Source: a virus. From it: a stretch of DNA of 43,998 nucleotides. Numbering within the stretch: position 1 is the stretch's first letter; every line of letters begins with the position of its first letter. Below, piece after piece: positions 9,117 through 18,235 of the stretch. The position numbers were made by a program, and so were the translations under genes. The stretch lies in the IMG/VR virus record IMGVR_UViG_3300020576_007250. The stretch is one strand, 5' to 3'. The notes under the pieces were generated by a model. The model had not been told where the DNA came from, searched no databases, and was given only the letters and a program-made list of their open reading frames with translations.

Positions 9117-9323
9117 ATGTCAGACTACCAACTGGCAGTGTTGTCGATAGTGGTGTTACTTTGTAGTTTAGCGACATCATGTGCATACTTCACCGGTAAC
9201 ACATTCGAGTTGGGGGTCTTCTTCGCCATGGCAGCAGCTGTATTCTGGTTTGTTTTGGGAGATGTTCCAAAATTTCGAAAACAAACGAAAAAGATCAACA
9301 TCGTCCATGGTGATGTTGATTGA
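9117..9323 (+). CDS. small membrane protein (2 TM)
   Basis: two hydrophobic helices LAVLSIVVLLCSLATSCAYF and VFFAMAAAVFWFVLG. Confidence 0.45.
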   Translation: MSDYQLAVLSIVVLLCSLATSCAYFTGNTFELGVFFAMAAAVFWFVLGDVPKFRKQTKKINIVHGDVD

Positions 9324-9335
9324 TAGTTAACCATT

Positions 9336-9557
9336 ATGGTTACTCCTGCTGCTTATCTCGGCGCAACGTTCACACTTTTGATGACTTTAGGTTCGGCCGC
9401 GGGAGCTGTCATTGTAGCGTTTTATGTCAACGCTGAACCCAGCAAAGTGCTCGGATTCGTGATCACGTTGGGAATTCTGTCGCTAATTTGCGGGAGCATG
9501 GTCATTAGAAATGACTGGCCACGTGTTTGGAAGCCGCTGTTGGCTGGAAAATCCTGA
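9336..9557 (+). CDS. small membrane protein (2 TM)
   Basis: AAYLGATFTLLMTLGSAAGAVIVAFYV and VLGFVITLGILSLICGSMVI. Confidence 0.45.
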   Translation: MVTPAAYLGATFTLLMTLGSAAGAVIVAFYVNAEPSKVLGFVITLGILSLICGSMVIRNDWPRVWKPLLAGKS

Positions 9558-9773
9558 TCAAACGATGATCAAATATTTCGGATCGTAAGCATACCTGAGA
9601 TTGCTGGGCTGCCATCTGACGTCAACATCCGGACCGACCACATTTCCGTAGTTTGTGTAACCTTGGACAATGCCGATGCAATTGCCGAATTCCACAACGT
9701 GATCATTGCAGCCGTTCTTTTTGAAGGTCTCTTTTAAACCTTGTGACATCTTGACTCGAGTTCCAGGTTTCAT
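9558..9773 (-). CDS. PGDxV-family small protein
   Basis: MKPGTRVKMSQG ... CIGIVQG ... VDVRW. Confidence 0.45.
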   Translation of the reverse strand: MKPGTRVKMSQGLKETFKKNGCNDHVVEFGNCIGIVQGYTNYGNVVGPDVDVRWQPSNLRYAYDPKYLIIV

Positions 9774-9876
9774 TCGAATTCAACTTCTCCACACGTGCGA
9801 CAAACGTAGTAACTACCACTGAACAACTTGCCCGACTTGAACTTCATCCAATGTCCAAAGATTCGACAGATGAGTT

Positions 9877-10689
9877 TCATGAGTACGTGCTCACATCATC
9901 GTGGATCAAAAAAGTCTTGATCCTTTGACCTGAGGCTTCGTTGGTCTGTCCTCGCCTGCCTTTGCCAAAATCTTGTGTGGCATTGACAGTGACAATCTTT
10001 TTTGTTTCTCCGTCCAAAACGAGAGCATGAAGTTCGCGGCCGAAGACCGCGCCACCGTCGATCCCCGCGACTTTGTCAGTGATGAGCGGCTTGTCTAGAA
10101 CACTGTGACCAAAGACAATGAACTCAGGTCCATTCCAAAATTGAGTCCAAAATTTCCACCCATCTTCGTTGTCTGGCACTCGACTGGGCCACATTGACTT
10201 GAAGTTATGCGATGGTTTGCCCCCTTTATCGTAGGGTTGAATCATCTGCACATGTAATAGATGTCGAGCCTCTTGGGCTTCGATGGGTCGACCGGGATAG
10301 ACGCCAGCATGAACTGCGACCGCATTGTGTTCAGACACTCGCAGATACAAAGGCAACGATCGAAACCATTCGTAGTGTTCAGGTTTCAGTTGAGCCCGTG
10401 TTGCTAAGTGCGTAGGAGGAATTTGCTCTGGCAAGCGACCTTTACGTTTCAAGCAATCTTCATAACTGAGATGTTTTTCCTCGTGATTCCCGAGAATTGC
10501 GCCAGCCTTACCTTGTACTTGTTCACGCTGGCGTACCAGATCACAACACTTTGCATTGTCGGGTCCACGATCGATGTAGTCGCCGAGGAATATCACATGA
10601 TCAGCGGGAGTCACATCAAGTTTCTTGAGGAGTGCTACGGTTTCATCATGACATCCATGAAGATCTCCGATAAAAATTGTTCTTGTCAT
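9877..10689 (-). CDS. calcineurin-like metallophosphatase (PP-lambda / ApaH-like Ser/Thr phosphatase)
   Basis: GDLHGCHDE, GDYIDRGPD, GNHEE metallophosphatase motifs I-III in canonical order and spacing. Confidence 0.85.
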   Translation of the reverse strand: MTRTIFIGDLHGCHDETVALLKKLDVTPADHVIFLGDYIDRGPDNAKCCDLVRQREQVQGKAGAILGNHEEKHLSYEDCLKRKGRLPEQIPPTHLATRAQLKPEHYEWFRSLPLYLRVSEHNAVAVHAGVYPGRPIEAQEARHLLHVQMIQPYDKGGKPSHNFKSMWPSRVPDNEDGWKFWTQFWNGPEFIVFGHSVLDKPLITDKVAGIDGGAVFGRELHALVLDGETKKIVTVNATQDFGKGRRGQTNEASGQRIKTFLIHDDVSTYS

Positions 10690-10690
10690 A

Positions 10691-10921
10691 TTAAGGTTTC
10701 CAGTGAATGTGAAAATGGTCTTGGATTTTCCACGCGTCTTTGAGTTGCATGAGCTCTCCTGACCTCATGATGAGGGCATCCCACTTGTCGCCCTTCGTAC
10801 CGTATCCTGTTTGACGCACACTGATCACAATTGCTAAATTTACAGGTTGTCGAGAATCAACTCGACGAAAATTGTCGTCGTACGACCTCTTAATTTGAAG
10901 AAGCGTTCCAGGTGCCCACAT
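10691..10921 (-). CDS. PGDxV-family small protein (PGT variant)
   Basis: MWAPGTLLQIKRS ... LAIVISV; abuts phosphatase gene. Confidence 0.4.
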   Translation of the reverse strand: MWAPGTLLQIKRSYDDNFRRVDSRQPVNLAIVISVRQTGYGTKGDKWDALIMRSGELMQLKDAWKIQDHFHIHWKP

Positions 10922-10931
10922 GTAGATGTAC

Positions 10932-11168
10932 TCAATTTACATCAAGCTTTGACTTAGGCCAGGCAATATCCTTTGCGATGTCAATCTCTGGGTGGTCATG
11001 GTGAAGCGGATCAAAGTTGATGATCTTCAATTGTTGCTCTTTTCTCTTGGATCCCCATCGACCAAAGAACATCGCGACGTTGTGCAAACCCATCACGTGC
11101 AACCGCAATTGCAGTTCATCAAACAGCCTTCTGACGCTCATGAGTATACTTGTACTACACATCGTCAC
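10932..11168 (-). CDS. hypothetical protein
   Basis: 78-aa ORF, no motif. Confidence 0.3.
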   Translation of the reverse strand: MTMCSTSILMSVRRLFDELQLRLHVMGLHNVAMFFGRWGSKRKEQQLKIINFDPLHHDHPEIDIAKDIAWPKSKLDVN

Positions 11169-11202
11169 TGGTTACAATGACACATGACAAGGATACGCTC
11201 AA

Positions 11203-11568
11203 ATGAATAACATCGTGTGGACCTTTGAAGAAGCAGTAGAATTTTGTCGCGAACTTCGCGAACAGATTTTGCCGATTGGTTTCAATGTTGGACTTACGGG
11301 TAGTTGTCTCTATTCAGGCAAGAGCTCAAAAGACATCGATGTCATCCTGTATCCGATGAAATCGCCTGGTCCGTGGGACTTCAAATCGCTTCGATGTGCC
11401 TTGCAGGTCGGCGGTCGATTGAAATGCATCAAAAACCGTGAAGAGGTCAATGGTGTTCGTGGAACTGGATATGACGGCAAGTCTGAGAATCCCATTGAAA
11501 GAGATAAGAAGTGGGTCGAAGTTTGGGACTACAAAGGCAAACGCGTTGACTTTTTCTTCATGGATTGA
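11203..11568 (+). CDS. minimal nucleotidyltransferase (Pol-beta superfamily)
   Basis: GLTGSCLYSGKSSKDIDVILYP fits hG[GS]-x9-13-DhD NTase active-site pattern; 121 aa. Confidence 0.55.
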   Translation: MNNIVWTFEEAVEFCRELREQILPIGFNVGLTGSCLYSGKSSKDIDVILYPMKSPGPWDFKSLRCALQVGGRLKCIKNREEVNGVRGTGYDGKSENPIERDKKWVEVWDYKGKRVDFFFMD

Positions 11569-11849
11569 AAATCATGCCTAACATAGACGACAAAGAATTA
11601 GTGCCATCATGGATGCTTGTCGATGCGATGGTCGCTTTAGAACATCTTGTTAAGGCACTCGATGATTACGATGTCACGATCGAAACCACGTGTTGTCGAC
11701 AATTGTGTGAATGGTGGCTCGAGCGCCAAGAAAAAGACAAAGATCGAATTCGACAAGAGGCTGCAATGAAGCTCACCGAATCAGAACGCAACGCATTGGG
11801 CATCGACGACAAGGGTCAGAACCTCAGAAAGTCAAGGGTCATCAAGTGA
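11565..11849 (+). CDS. hypothetical protein
   Basis: ATGA coupling with NTase gene; 94 aa. Confidence 0.4.
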   Translation: MKIMPNIDDKELVPSWMLVDAMVALEHLVKALDDYDVTIETTCCRQLCEWWLERQEKDKDRIRQEAAMKLTESERNALGIDDKGQNLRKSRVIK

Positions 11850-12601
11850 TTAAAGACGGCAAGTTAGACAAGAAAACCAAGAAGAAAATCAAGTCAGATG
11901 CTCGTCTCCAGGCATGGATAATTCGGCTTAGTAAGACGTGGCTCAGCGATTGGTGCACTTCAAACTTTGATCAACTCAAAAAGCTGGAAAGTGGGTGGAT
12001 CACGATTCATCCAGAACACGGTCTCATTTGTCACAGTGCTATCAGCGAAGAAGATTTAGTAAATCGATGTCATCTTCTCATCAAACGTTCTGTATTGAAA
12101 TCATGCACTGGCATTACAGTTGAAGAAGAAATAAAAAAAGCTCAAATTAAGGAAGTTGATATCGTCGGCGGCGCACGTTGGACGACATTACAATTACAAC
12201 GTGATGACAATTTACCTCCTTTGGCAAACGTAGATGATGAATTGCCTCTTTACGAACCGCTTTCAGACACGACAGCTAGGTTCACTGAGAAGACGCCTTA
12301 TACTGTGAAGACACTTGCGGCAAAACATTCAATTCATGAAGCTAAAGTCTTGACCAAATTGAAAGACTTGGGTGCAGAGGGCATTTGGGGCTTCAACACA
12401 ATCATAGATGATGAACTAGTTAATAAATTTGAGCAATCGCTTGAAAATAATTCAGACGTGCCGGAATCAGCAAAGACCAGCCCGCATAAGCAACCTGACT
12501 ACAAACCTGTGTCTAGGAACAGATCGCTTCCTTACGACAGAGACTTGGTTGTAGATGGTTACGGGCGTAGCCAACGTCTCAATAAGATGAGGATGGATTG
12601 A
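11846..12601 (+). CDS. hypothetical protein (Lys-rich N-terminus), GTG start
   Basis: GTG 11846 overlaps upstream TGA 11847-11849 (GTGA coupling); the only in-frame ATG (11711) lies 135 nt inside the upstream gene. Confidence 0.4.
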   Translation: MIKDGKLDKKTKKKIKSDARLQAWIIRLSKTWLSDWCTSNFDQLKKLESGWITIHPEHGLICHSAISEEDLVNRCHLLIKRSVLKSCTGITVEEEIKKAQIKEVDIVGGARWTTLQLQRDDNLPPLANVDDELPLYEPLSDTTARFTEKTPYTVKTLAAKHSIHEAKVLTKLKDLGAEGIWGFNTIIDDELVNKFEQSLENNSDVPESAKTSPHKQPDYKPVSRNRSLPYDRDLVVDGYGRSQRLNKMRMD

Positions 12602-13032
12602 TGAAAGAACGTTACGGCAGGATGTACGTCTGGCTCTGGCCTTCTGATTGTGTGCCGCCTCATGGCCTGGACATGACTGTGGGTGGGCGTGATGACCTTA
12701 AGGTTGAAAAACTTCGGCATGCATTCAGCACACAAGGCTTTGATATGAGTGAACCTGCCTTGATCGGATACCCAAAGGACGGCAAGATTCAATTATTGAC
12801 TGGTACTCATCGCCATATGGCGGCTGAGCGTGCTAAGATCATGTTGCCAGTTGTCCTGCGTCTTCGCAGCATCGTTGAGGCGGCATGGGGAACTCACGAT
12901 TGGATTGACCTTACTGCTGACATTCCTGTGCGAGAACTCGAATACGTCAAGGTCATCGATCATCCTGTGACGCGAGCTGACGCTGGATTGGGTGAACGAC
13001 TCATTGATATCGATTGGCGGCAAGATGGATGA
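12598..13032 (+). CDS. ParB-like nuclease domain protein
   Basis: IQLLTGTHRHMAAERAKI matches ParB/Srx GxxRxxAA core; ATGA coupling upstream. Confidence 0.5.
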   Translation: MMKERYGRMYVWLWPSDCVPPHGLDMTVGGRDDLKVEKLRHAFSTQGFDMSEPALIGYPKDGKIQLLTGTHRHMAAERAKIMLPVVLRLRSIVEAAWGTHDWIDLTADIPVRELEYVKVIDHPVTRADAGLGERLIDIDWRQDG

Positions 13033-13198
13033 TGTTGAATACTGGCGCCGCAGAGCATTAGAAGCTGAAGCCAAACTGCAGAACGAAGAGAAAAAGAAGC
13101 TTGACGAAGCTACTGGTCCACGCTGTCGTGATTGTGGCGTGAGAAAAGCGTGTTATGGACTCCTATGTGGACCGTGTTGTTCTGATTACGACCTTTGA
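13025..13198 (+). CDS. small Cys-rich (zinc-ribbon-like) protein
   Basis: ATG 13025 overlaps upstream TGA; CRDCGVRKACYGLLCGPCC. Confidence 0.35.
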   Translation: MDDVEYWRRRALEAEAKLQNEEKKKLDEATGPRCRDCGVRKACYGLLCGPCCSDYDL

Positions 13199-13216
13199 CA
13201 ACCACCTATTTAACAG

Positions 13217-13498
13217 GTGAAAATTCGCCTAGGCCGGTTGAAACGTATTATCAAAGAGACCGTTAACGGTGTCTATCCAGGTGGACCAACCCGAAACATC
13301 TTGTCTCCTGCGACCAGCAGTCGAGAGCAGATTGGTAGTCTGGCAGACGGTGATCCTATCGATTGTGTCGACAATCCAGAAGGCATGCCAAATCATCTGT
13401 TCGAACCTGAGGTAGATCCGGATGATTGTTTTGGACCTGTGCCGCCTGATGCCGAAAAACCGTATCTGATGCAGGATCCTACGGTGAAAGACTACTAA
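13217..13498 (+). CDS. hypothetical small protein, paralog of 8656..8904
   Basis: MKIRLGRLKRIIKE N-terminal helix then Pro/Asp-rich tail. Confidence 0.4.
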   Translation: MKIRLGRLKRIIKETVNGVYPGGPTRNILSPATSSREQIGSLADGDPIDCVDNPEGMPNHLFEPEVDPDDCFGPVPPDAEKPYLMQDPTVKDY

Positions 13499-13553
13499 GA
13501 TTTAGTGAACTTTTTCTTGTCTTGATGCGTCAAAGACCTGTAATCAAAGGCTG

Positions 13554-14486
13554 ATGTGCGTTTTGCAGATATTTATCTGCATGGCAAATGCATTTATAGT
13601 AGACTCTTCAGGTGGAATTTCTGGTTCATTGACTAACCTCGTTGATGGTACTTCGTACCTCGTTGCAGGTGATGGTATCTTGATCACGAGCCAATCAAAT
13701 GGTTCGGTAGTTGTAGCTTCAGCAGTTTCACCAACTGGTGTAAGCATGTTGTCTGCATCATATACATCTAGCGGCACATGGGTGTCACCTGTGACTGGTA
13801 TCGTTTTCATTCAAGGTTGTGGTGGCGGCGGAGGCGGGGGAGGCGGTTATACTGCTAGTTCACAACCGGGAGGTGGCGGAGGCGGAGGCGCTTTAGAATC
13901 AACTGTTCCTGTATTCGTGACATCAGGTAGTTCATACGCAATCGGTATTGGAGCTGGCGGCGCTGGAAGCAACGCAGGTACTCCCGCAAACAAAGGTTTG
14001 GTCGGTGGTGATACCACATTCGGATCTCTTGCTACGTTCGTCGGAGCTAGCGGTGGAGGTGGAGGAAATAACACTTCACTAGTCACGATCGGCGGTGGAT
14101 TATGTTCAAAACAATCTGGGGCAACTTCTGTCACGACTGCAACTAACAAGAGTCTCTTGAATGGTTATTCATTACCTGACGCAGGATGTGTTCCTTCCCT
14201 TGCTGCAGGTGGTTGGGTTCACAGTTCTGGAGGAGGACAACCTGGCATGATGAACTGTATTGGCGGCTTCGCAGGCGGCGCGGGTACAGATTCAGTCACT
14301 AGTGGTGGTGGAGGCGGAGGCGCGGGACCTCGAGGTTCAGGTGGTGCTGGTGCCTCTGCTAATGGCACAGGTTCTTCTGCTTCAGCAAATACTGGAGCGG
14401 GCGGCGGTGGAGGCGGAGGTGGAACCTCTGCTGGTGCTGGTGGTGCTGGTGGATCAGGTTATCTGACTGTCATTTACCTGGGTTGA
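13554..14486 (+). CDS. glycine-rich protein (poly-Gly / GxGG repeat; possible fibre or surface protein)
   Basis: runs GGGGGGGGGY, GGGGGGGA, GGGGGNNTS, GGGGGGGGTSAGAGGAGGSG interspersed with Ser/Thr-rich segments; possible start ATG 13581. Confidence 0.55.
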   Translation: MCVLQIFICMANAFIVDSSGGISGSLTNLVDGTSYLVAGDGILITSQSNGSVVVASAVSPTGVSMLSASYTSSGTWVSPVTGIVFIQGCGGGGGGGGGYTASSQPGGGGGGGALESTVPVFVTSGSSYAIGIGAGGAGSNAGTPANKGLVGGDTTFGSLATFVGASGGGGGNNTSLVTIGGGLCSKQSGATSVTTATNKSLLNGYSLPDAGCVPSLAAGGWVHSSGGGQPGMMNCIGGFAGGAGTDSVTSGGGGGGAGPRGSGGAGASANGTGSSASANTGAGGGGGGGGTSAGAGGAGGSGYLTVIYLG

Positions 14487-14498
14487 TATAATTCGTGG

Positions 14499-15326
14499 AT
14501 GGCGGACAAAAAACCTTTTGCTGCATTCACGATTGTTCGAAACGAACCATTCTTCTTACCAATCTGGTGTTCGTATTATGTACGAGCATTTGGTGAAGAG
14601 AACATTTACGTTCTAGACAATTCGACCTCTGATGCGAGCATTGAACGTGTCAGAGGTCGATGGCCTAAAATCAACATCAAATCAGTTCCGTCTGCACAAG
14701 CAAACGCTTGGGCATGGACAACAGACGTCGTTAAGTCATTTCAGGCATCAGCGCTGAAGGCTCACGACGTCGTTGTCTATGCTGATGCCGATGAATTCTT
14801 GATTCCTAAATTTACTGATTTACACAGTTACTGTGAGATATTCCGAAGTTCAGATCGTCAATACGTTCGTGCTTGTGGGTGGGGAGTGATTCAAAACATT
14901 GATAAAGAACATCAAGTTGATGTCACCGGTCCTGTACTTCAAGATCGCAGAGAGGCGTGGAGAACGCCTAGATACGATAAGACATTGATATCGAAAATCC
15001 CATTACCATGGGCTAAAGGCTTACACACCATCTACGATGCCAGTGGCCACAAGATGTCAGATGATCCTGTCGATCACGACATGTCACTTGTTCATTTACG
15101 CGATGTCGATTTAACGTTGTTACACCAGAGATCTCTTGAACGATCTAAAATGGTCCCATATCTTGATCAATACGGTTGTGCTAGTCTGTATCACGGATCA
15201 ACAAACATTGAGCACTTGAAGACATATTTCAGGACTCGAGTGGCGCCTTGGAATCCCAAGACAATTGAAGAATTCACCAACGAAGTTCAACTAGTTCCTG
15301 AACACTGGCGAAGATCAATTGTGTGA
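14499..15326 (+). CDS. glycosyltransferase-like protein (GT-A fold, DxD)
   Basis: FTIVRNEPFFLPIWCSYY...IYVLDNSTSD and ADADEF (DxD) resemble GT2/GT92-type nucleotide-sugar transferases. Confidence 0.45.
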   Translation: MADKKPFAAFTIVRNEPFFLPIWCSYYVRAFGEENIYVLDNSTSDASIERVRGRWPKINIKSVPSAQANAWAWTTDVVKSFQASALKAHDVVVYADADEFLIPKFTDLHSYCEIFRSSDRQYVRACGWGVIQNIDKEHQVDVTGPVLQDRREAWRTPRYDKTLISKIPLPWAKGLHTIYDASGHKMSDDPVDHDMSLVHLRDVDLTLLHQRSLERSKMVPYLDQYGCASLYHGSTNIEHLKTYFRTRVAPWNPKTIEEFTNEVQLVPEHWRRSIV

Positions 15327-15334
15327 TTAATACG

Positions 15335-15655
15335 TCACAGTCGTTCAACAACGGTATCTGAGGACGCGACCCAAACAGGTCGACCTTCCCACAACACCAG
15401 ATAAAATTCATTGGCCGGTGGTGAGAAACCATACGGCCCACGTCCTTTTTTCCTCATGGCTGCATTGAATGCATCAGGCTGGCTGTTGATGAAGAGGGCG
15501 TGAGTTTCATTTGGAATATCACAAATGACAATATCCAATTCTTCTCCCAACAACGCATTGAATGACCTCGGAACGTTCCTCGCCTTGATGCTTGAACCTT
15601 CACGACGTTCAGTCAATTTGACCATGGTTCCGGGTTCAAGTTTCGTCGTCATCAT
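15335..15655 (-). CDS. PGDxV-family small protein (PGT variant)
   Basis: LEPGTMVKLTERREG. Confidence 0.4.
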   Translation of the reverse strand: MMTTKLEPGTMVKLTERREGSSIKARNVPRSFNALLGEELDIVICDIPNETHALFINSQPDAFNAAMRKKGRGPYGFSPPANEFYLVLWEGRPVWVASSDTVVERL

Positions 15656-16019
15656 TCACCGTCACGTCTCGTTCTGTCGGCATGCTCGTGATGTTGGCAC
15701 CCTTCGATTTCGCCCATTCCTTGATGAAGTTATCGAATGTCAGGCGAATGATTCCCATGTCTAACAGGCTGAGATTTTTCAAGTGATTGCTAGAGATGGT
15801 GAATGATGCAGCCTCGACGACGGCGCCGACGGGATTCTCAATGTCATATGCGGGTCTCAACCGATACTTGGGTTCTTGGTGTATGTCGGTTGCCGCCGCA
15901 GGAATGACCTGCACGACCTGATAGATAAGGCGCCGTTGAAAAGGTGAGTACTCAGTCACCTTGCCTGTCCACATCACAATGTCACCAACGTTTAGCTTTT
16001 CAAGTGGCTTCGGTGTCAC
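15636..16019 (-). CDS. PGDxV-family small protein
   Basis: LNVGDIVMWTGKV ... LIYQVVQV. Confidence 0.4.
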   Translation of the reverse strand: MTPKPLEKLNVGDIVMWTGKVTEYSPFQRRLIYQVVQVIPAAATDIHQEPKYRLRPAYDIENPVGAVVEAASFTISSNHLKNLSLLDMGIIRLTFDNFIKEWAKSKGANITSMPTERDVTVNDDDET

Positions 16020-16082
16020 TGTGGGTCACCCATATTGAGAAGGTGGAATCTATCAATGGTCATGTGCAGGTTATATCGTGTG

Positions 16083-16517
16083 TCACTCGTGGGCATTATC
16101 AACCTGTTGAGCAGTCTCTGAGACCATCCCACCCTTGACGGCCAGATCGCGAATTATGTTACCTAATTCAGCATACTTCGTGGCGATATCGAGGAGTTCA
16201 ATCTTTTTCAAATTACGTAATTCATCATGATAAATGATCAATGTTGAATCTGCACCGCCTGGTGCCTTTCCTTTGCGTGTTGGAAAGAAAGTGAAAATCG
16301 GCCGAATTCGCAAATAACCACGAACTTCCATGGGCTTCATTTTCTTTCCCGACACTGGATGAAAAACTGTTTCATATATGCTAAGACGTTTTTCCTTAGC
16401 TATGGGCGATTCATAATTCATCGTAATCTGGTAGATGACACCACCCGTTGATTCCTTGTCAGAAGCGAAGGTGACGATATCACCAATTTTCAAACCAATT
16501 TTTTCAAGTGTATTCAT
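16083..16517 (-). CDS. PGDxV-family small protein
   Basis: LKIGDIVTFASDKESTGGVIYQITMNY. Confidence 0.4.
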   Translation of the reverse strand: MNTLEKIGLKIGDIVTFASDKESTGGVIYQITMNYESPIAKEKRLSIYETVFHPVSGKKMKPMEVRGYLRIRPIFTFFPTRKGKAPGGADSTLIIYHDELRNLKKIELLDIATKYAELGNIIRDLAVKGGMVSETAQQVDNAHE

Positions 16518-17245
16518 GACTCATCATCTTCCGGATCTGAGGGTTGATGGGATGGGCTCGTCGTCACTGTTTTCGATGTCGGTATCTGCCACTTTTGCGA
16601 AAGAGGATTTGCTACTGACAATTGTGTTTGAGCTTGTTGTTGTTGTATCACGCTGCGTATCAATTCTGCTTGTCTCGCTTTCATGCGTGATTTCTTTGTG
16701 TTTTCGTCTTCGACTACGGGTGGAGCGAATATATCCTTGACGATACGTCTGATACCAAATGACCAATTCTTGAATGATTTTACTTTCGACCAACACTTGC
16801 GAAATGTCGAAGACAAACATCTGTAGGATCTCCAAAACATTTTAACCGGCCAATGACCTGTGTTGCATCGCTCTGTTAATTTGACGTCTGGATACTGATA
16901 ATCCATATGAAAGATCAGACCTTGAGGAAGTTTCATGGGTTGAACAGTTACCATTTGTTGAGCGAGGGCTGGATAATTGACTCGCCTCATGATGGGAAAC
17001 ACGAAGTTGCTGAAGATGTCTTGACTGTAGGGTTCAACCGACCACAGAATGGTCAGCTGTTCATCGTTGACTGCGATGACAATTCCTTGACCTCCGTCCT
17101 TGATGTGCTTTACCTGATCACCAGGCTTGAGGATGTCGATACCACCTTCACGAATAAAAGGCCATGGGTCGGCATAATCCGTCGGAGGAAGCGTGGATGG
17201 ATATTTGTCGCTGTACGTGCGATCGTATGTTTTAAGGCTGCTCAT
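16514..17245 (-). CDS. PGDxV-family protein with acidic/Ser-rich C-terminal extension
   Basis: LKPGDQVKHIKDGGQGIVIAVNDEQLTILW; ATGA coupling both sides. Confidence 0.45.
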   Translation of the reverse strand: MSSLKTYDRTYSDKYPSTLPPTDYADPWPFIREGGIDILKPGDQVKHIKDGGQGIVIAVNDEQLTILWSVEPYSQDIFSNFVFPIMRRVNYPALAQQMVTVQPMKLPQGLIFHMDYQYPDVKLTERCNTGHWPVKMFWRSYRCLSSTFRKCWSKVKSFKNWSFGIRRIVKDIFAPPVVEDENTKKSRMKARQAELIRSVIQQQQAQTQLSVANPLSQKWQIPTSKTVTTSPSHQPSDPEDDES

Positions 17246-17544
17246 TTACGTCCACACTTGCAGTTTGATTCTCGACACCAACGTTGACCCGTGACTGTAC
17301 ACAAACGTTCAACTGAATTCTTAGGAAGATAAAAATCTTCTTCTATAGACATCGGATTCCAACGAGGTTCGATAGACCACAACACCAAGAAGTCAGATTT
17401 GTTACGAGCTATGAGAACTCCAAACCCACCTTCTCTTTCATGTGTCACCAAATCTCCTGGTCTTTTTCGATGAAATGGGCGTTTCCATTTTTCAATGCCA
17501 ACGGTATGGATGTTCCCAGAATCTGGGTGCAATCGTAAGGTCAT
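17242..17544 (-). CDS. PGDxV-family small protein
   Basis: KRPGDLVTHEREGGFGVLIARNKSDFLVLW. Confidence 0.45.
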   Translation of the reverse strand: MTLRLHPDSGNIHTVGIEKWKRPFHRKRPGDLVTHEREGGFGVLIARNKSDFLVLWSIEPRWNPMSIEEDFYLPKNSVERLCTVTGQRWCRESNCKCGRK

Positions 17545-17924
17545 GATTTTTCATCATTTTCAGGAAGATCAAGCAGTTTGATCGTTGAATAAAAATCTGT
17601 TTGAACAGGTTTTTCAGCATAACTCGGACGTGTCATGATGCCCTTCCGAGGCATGAAATCAGATGCATCGAACACTACGGGCTCTTTCAAAACTGGAATG
17701 TATGGTGTATCAACAAAACCAGCGTCGGGCATCTCCGGAGACGTCGACCACAAGACTGAGACTTCTTCGTCGCTAATTGCAACGATCATCCCAACGCCAG
17801 TTCCAGCAATAGTCGTGACAGAGTCACCAGGTGCAAACGGGCGGGCTTCATTCCCACGAAGACTGGATTCTGCCCACGTGATGCTATGTGCCCCCGCACT
17901 TTTTCTATTGTACGTCTTAAGCAT
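17541..17924 (-). CDS. PGDxV-family small protein
   Basis: FAPGDSVTTIAGTGVGMIVAISDEEVSVLW; ATG at 17924 (ORF opens at TTG 17927). Confidence 0.45.
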   Translation of the reverse strand: MLKTYNRKSAGAHSITWAESSLRGNEARPFAPGDSVTTIAGTGVGMIVAISDEEVSVLWSTSPEMPDAGFVDTPYIPVLKEPVVFDASDFMPRKGIMTRPSYAEKPVQTDFYSTIKLLDLPENDEKS

Positions 17925-18034
17925 CAATCATCCACGTTCCATACATTGTCTGTCGTACCAACTAAGGCTTCAAGATCTCGAAAAATGTCTGCGTCAATTT
18001 CTGCTGCAATATCACGACTCAATTTAGCAGCGAG

Positions 18035-18235
18035 TTAGTCCATCCTGTTAGCATCATATCGCGACCATAACACGACGCCCATCAGGGCATCATGACTAAT
18101 TCCGATGAAGATGCCGTAGGAATCCTTGACATCAATGTGACAGACAATCTCACCAGGTTTGGTGGGCACCTCGCCGCGGTATGGTTGACCAATTGGTCTC
18201 AAAAGATTGAGTGGATGTTCTTGTAAGGTGTTCAT
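18035..18235 (-). CDS. PGDxV-family small protein
   Basis: TKPGEIVCHIDVKDSYGIFIGISHDALMGVVLW. Confidence 0.45.
   Translation of the reverse strand: MNTLQEHPLNLLRPIGQPYRGEVPTKPGEIVCHIDVKDSYGIFIGISHDALMGVVLWSRYDANRMD

Noticed and set aside
11711-11849. Possible programmed -1 frameshift (AAAAAG at 11731-11736) fusing 11565-11849 to the 11711-12601 frame
   Set aside because: A GTG at 11846 overlapping the upstream TGA (GTGA) gives ordinary translational coupling without a frameshift. The AAAAAG is not positioned as a canonical X_XXY_YYZ heptamer in the upstream frame.
13544-14466. ORFs 13544-13810(-), 13847-14149(-) and 14260-14466(+) overlapping the Gly-rich gene
   Set aside because: They are Pro-rich or Val/Leu-rich frame-shadow translations of the GGN repeat DNA.
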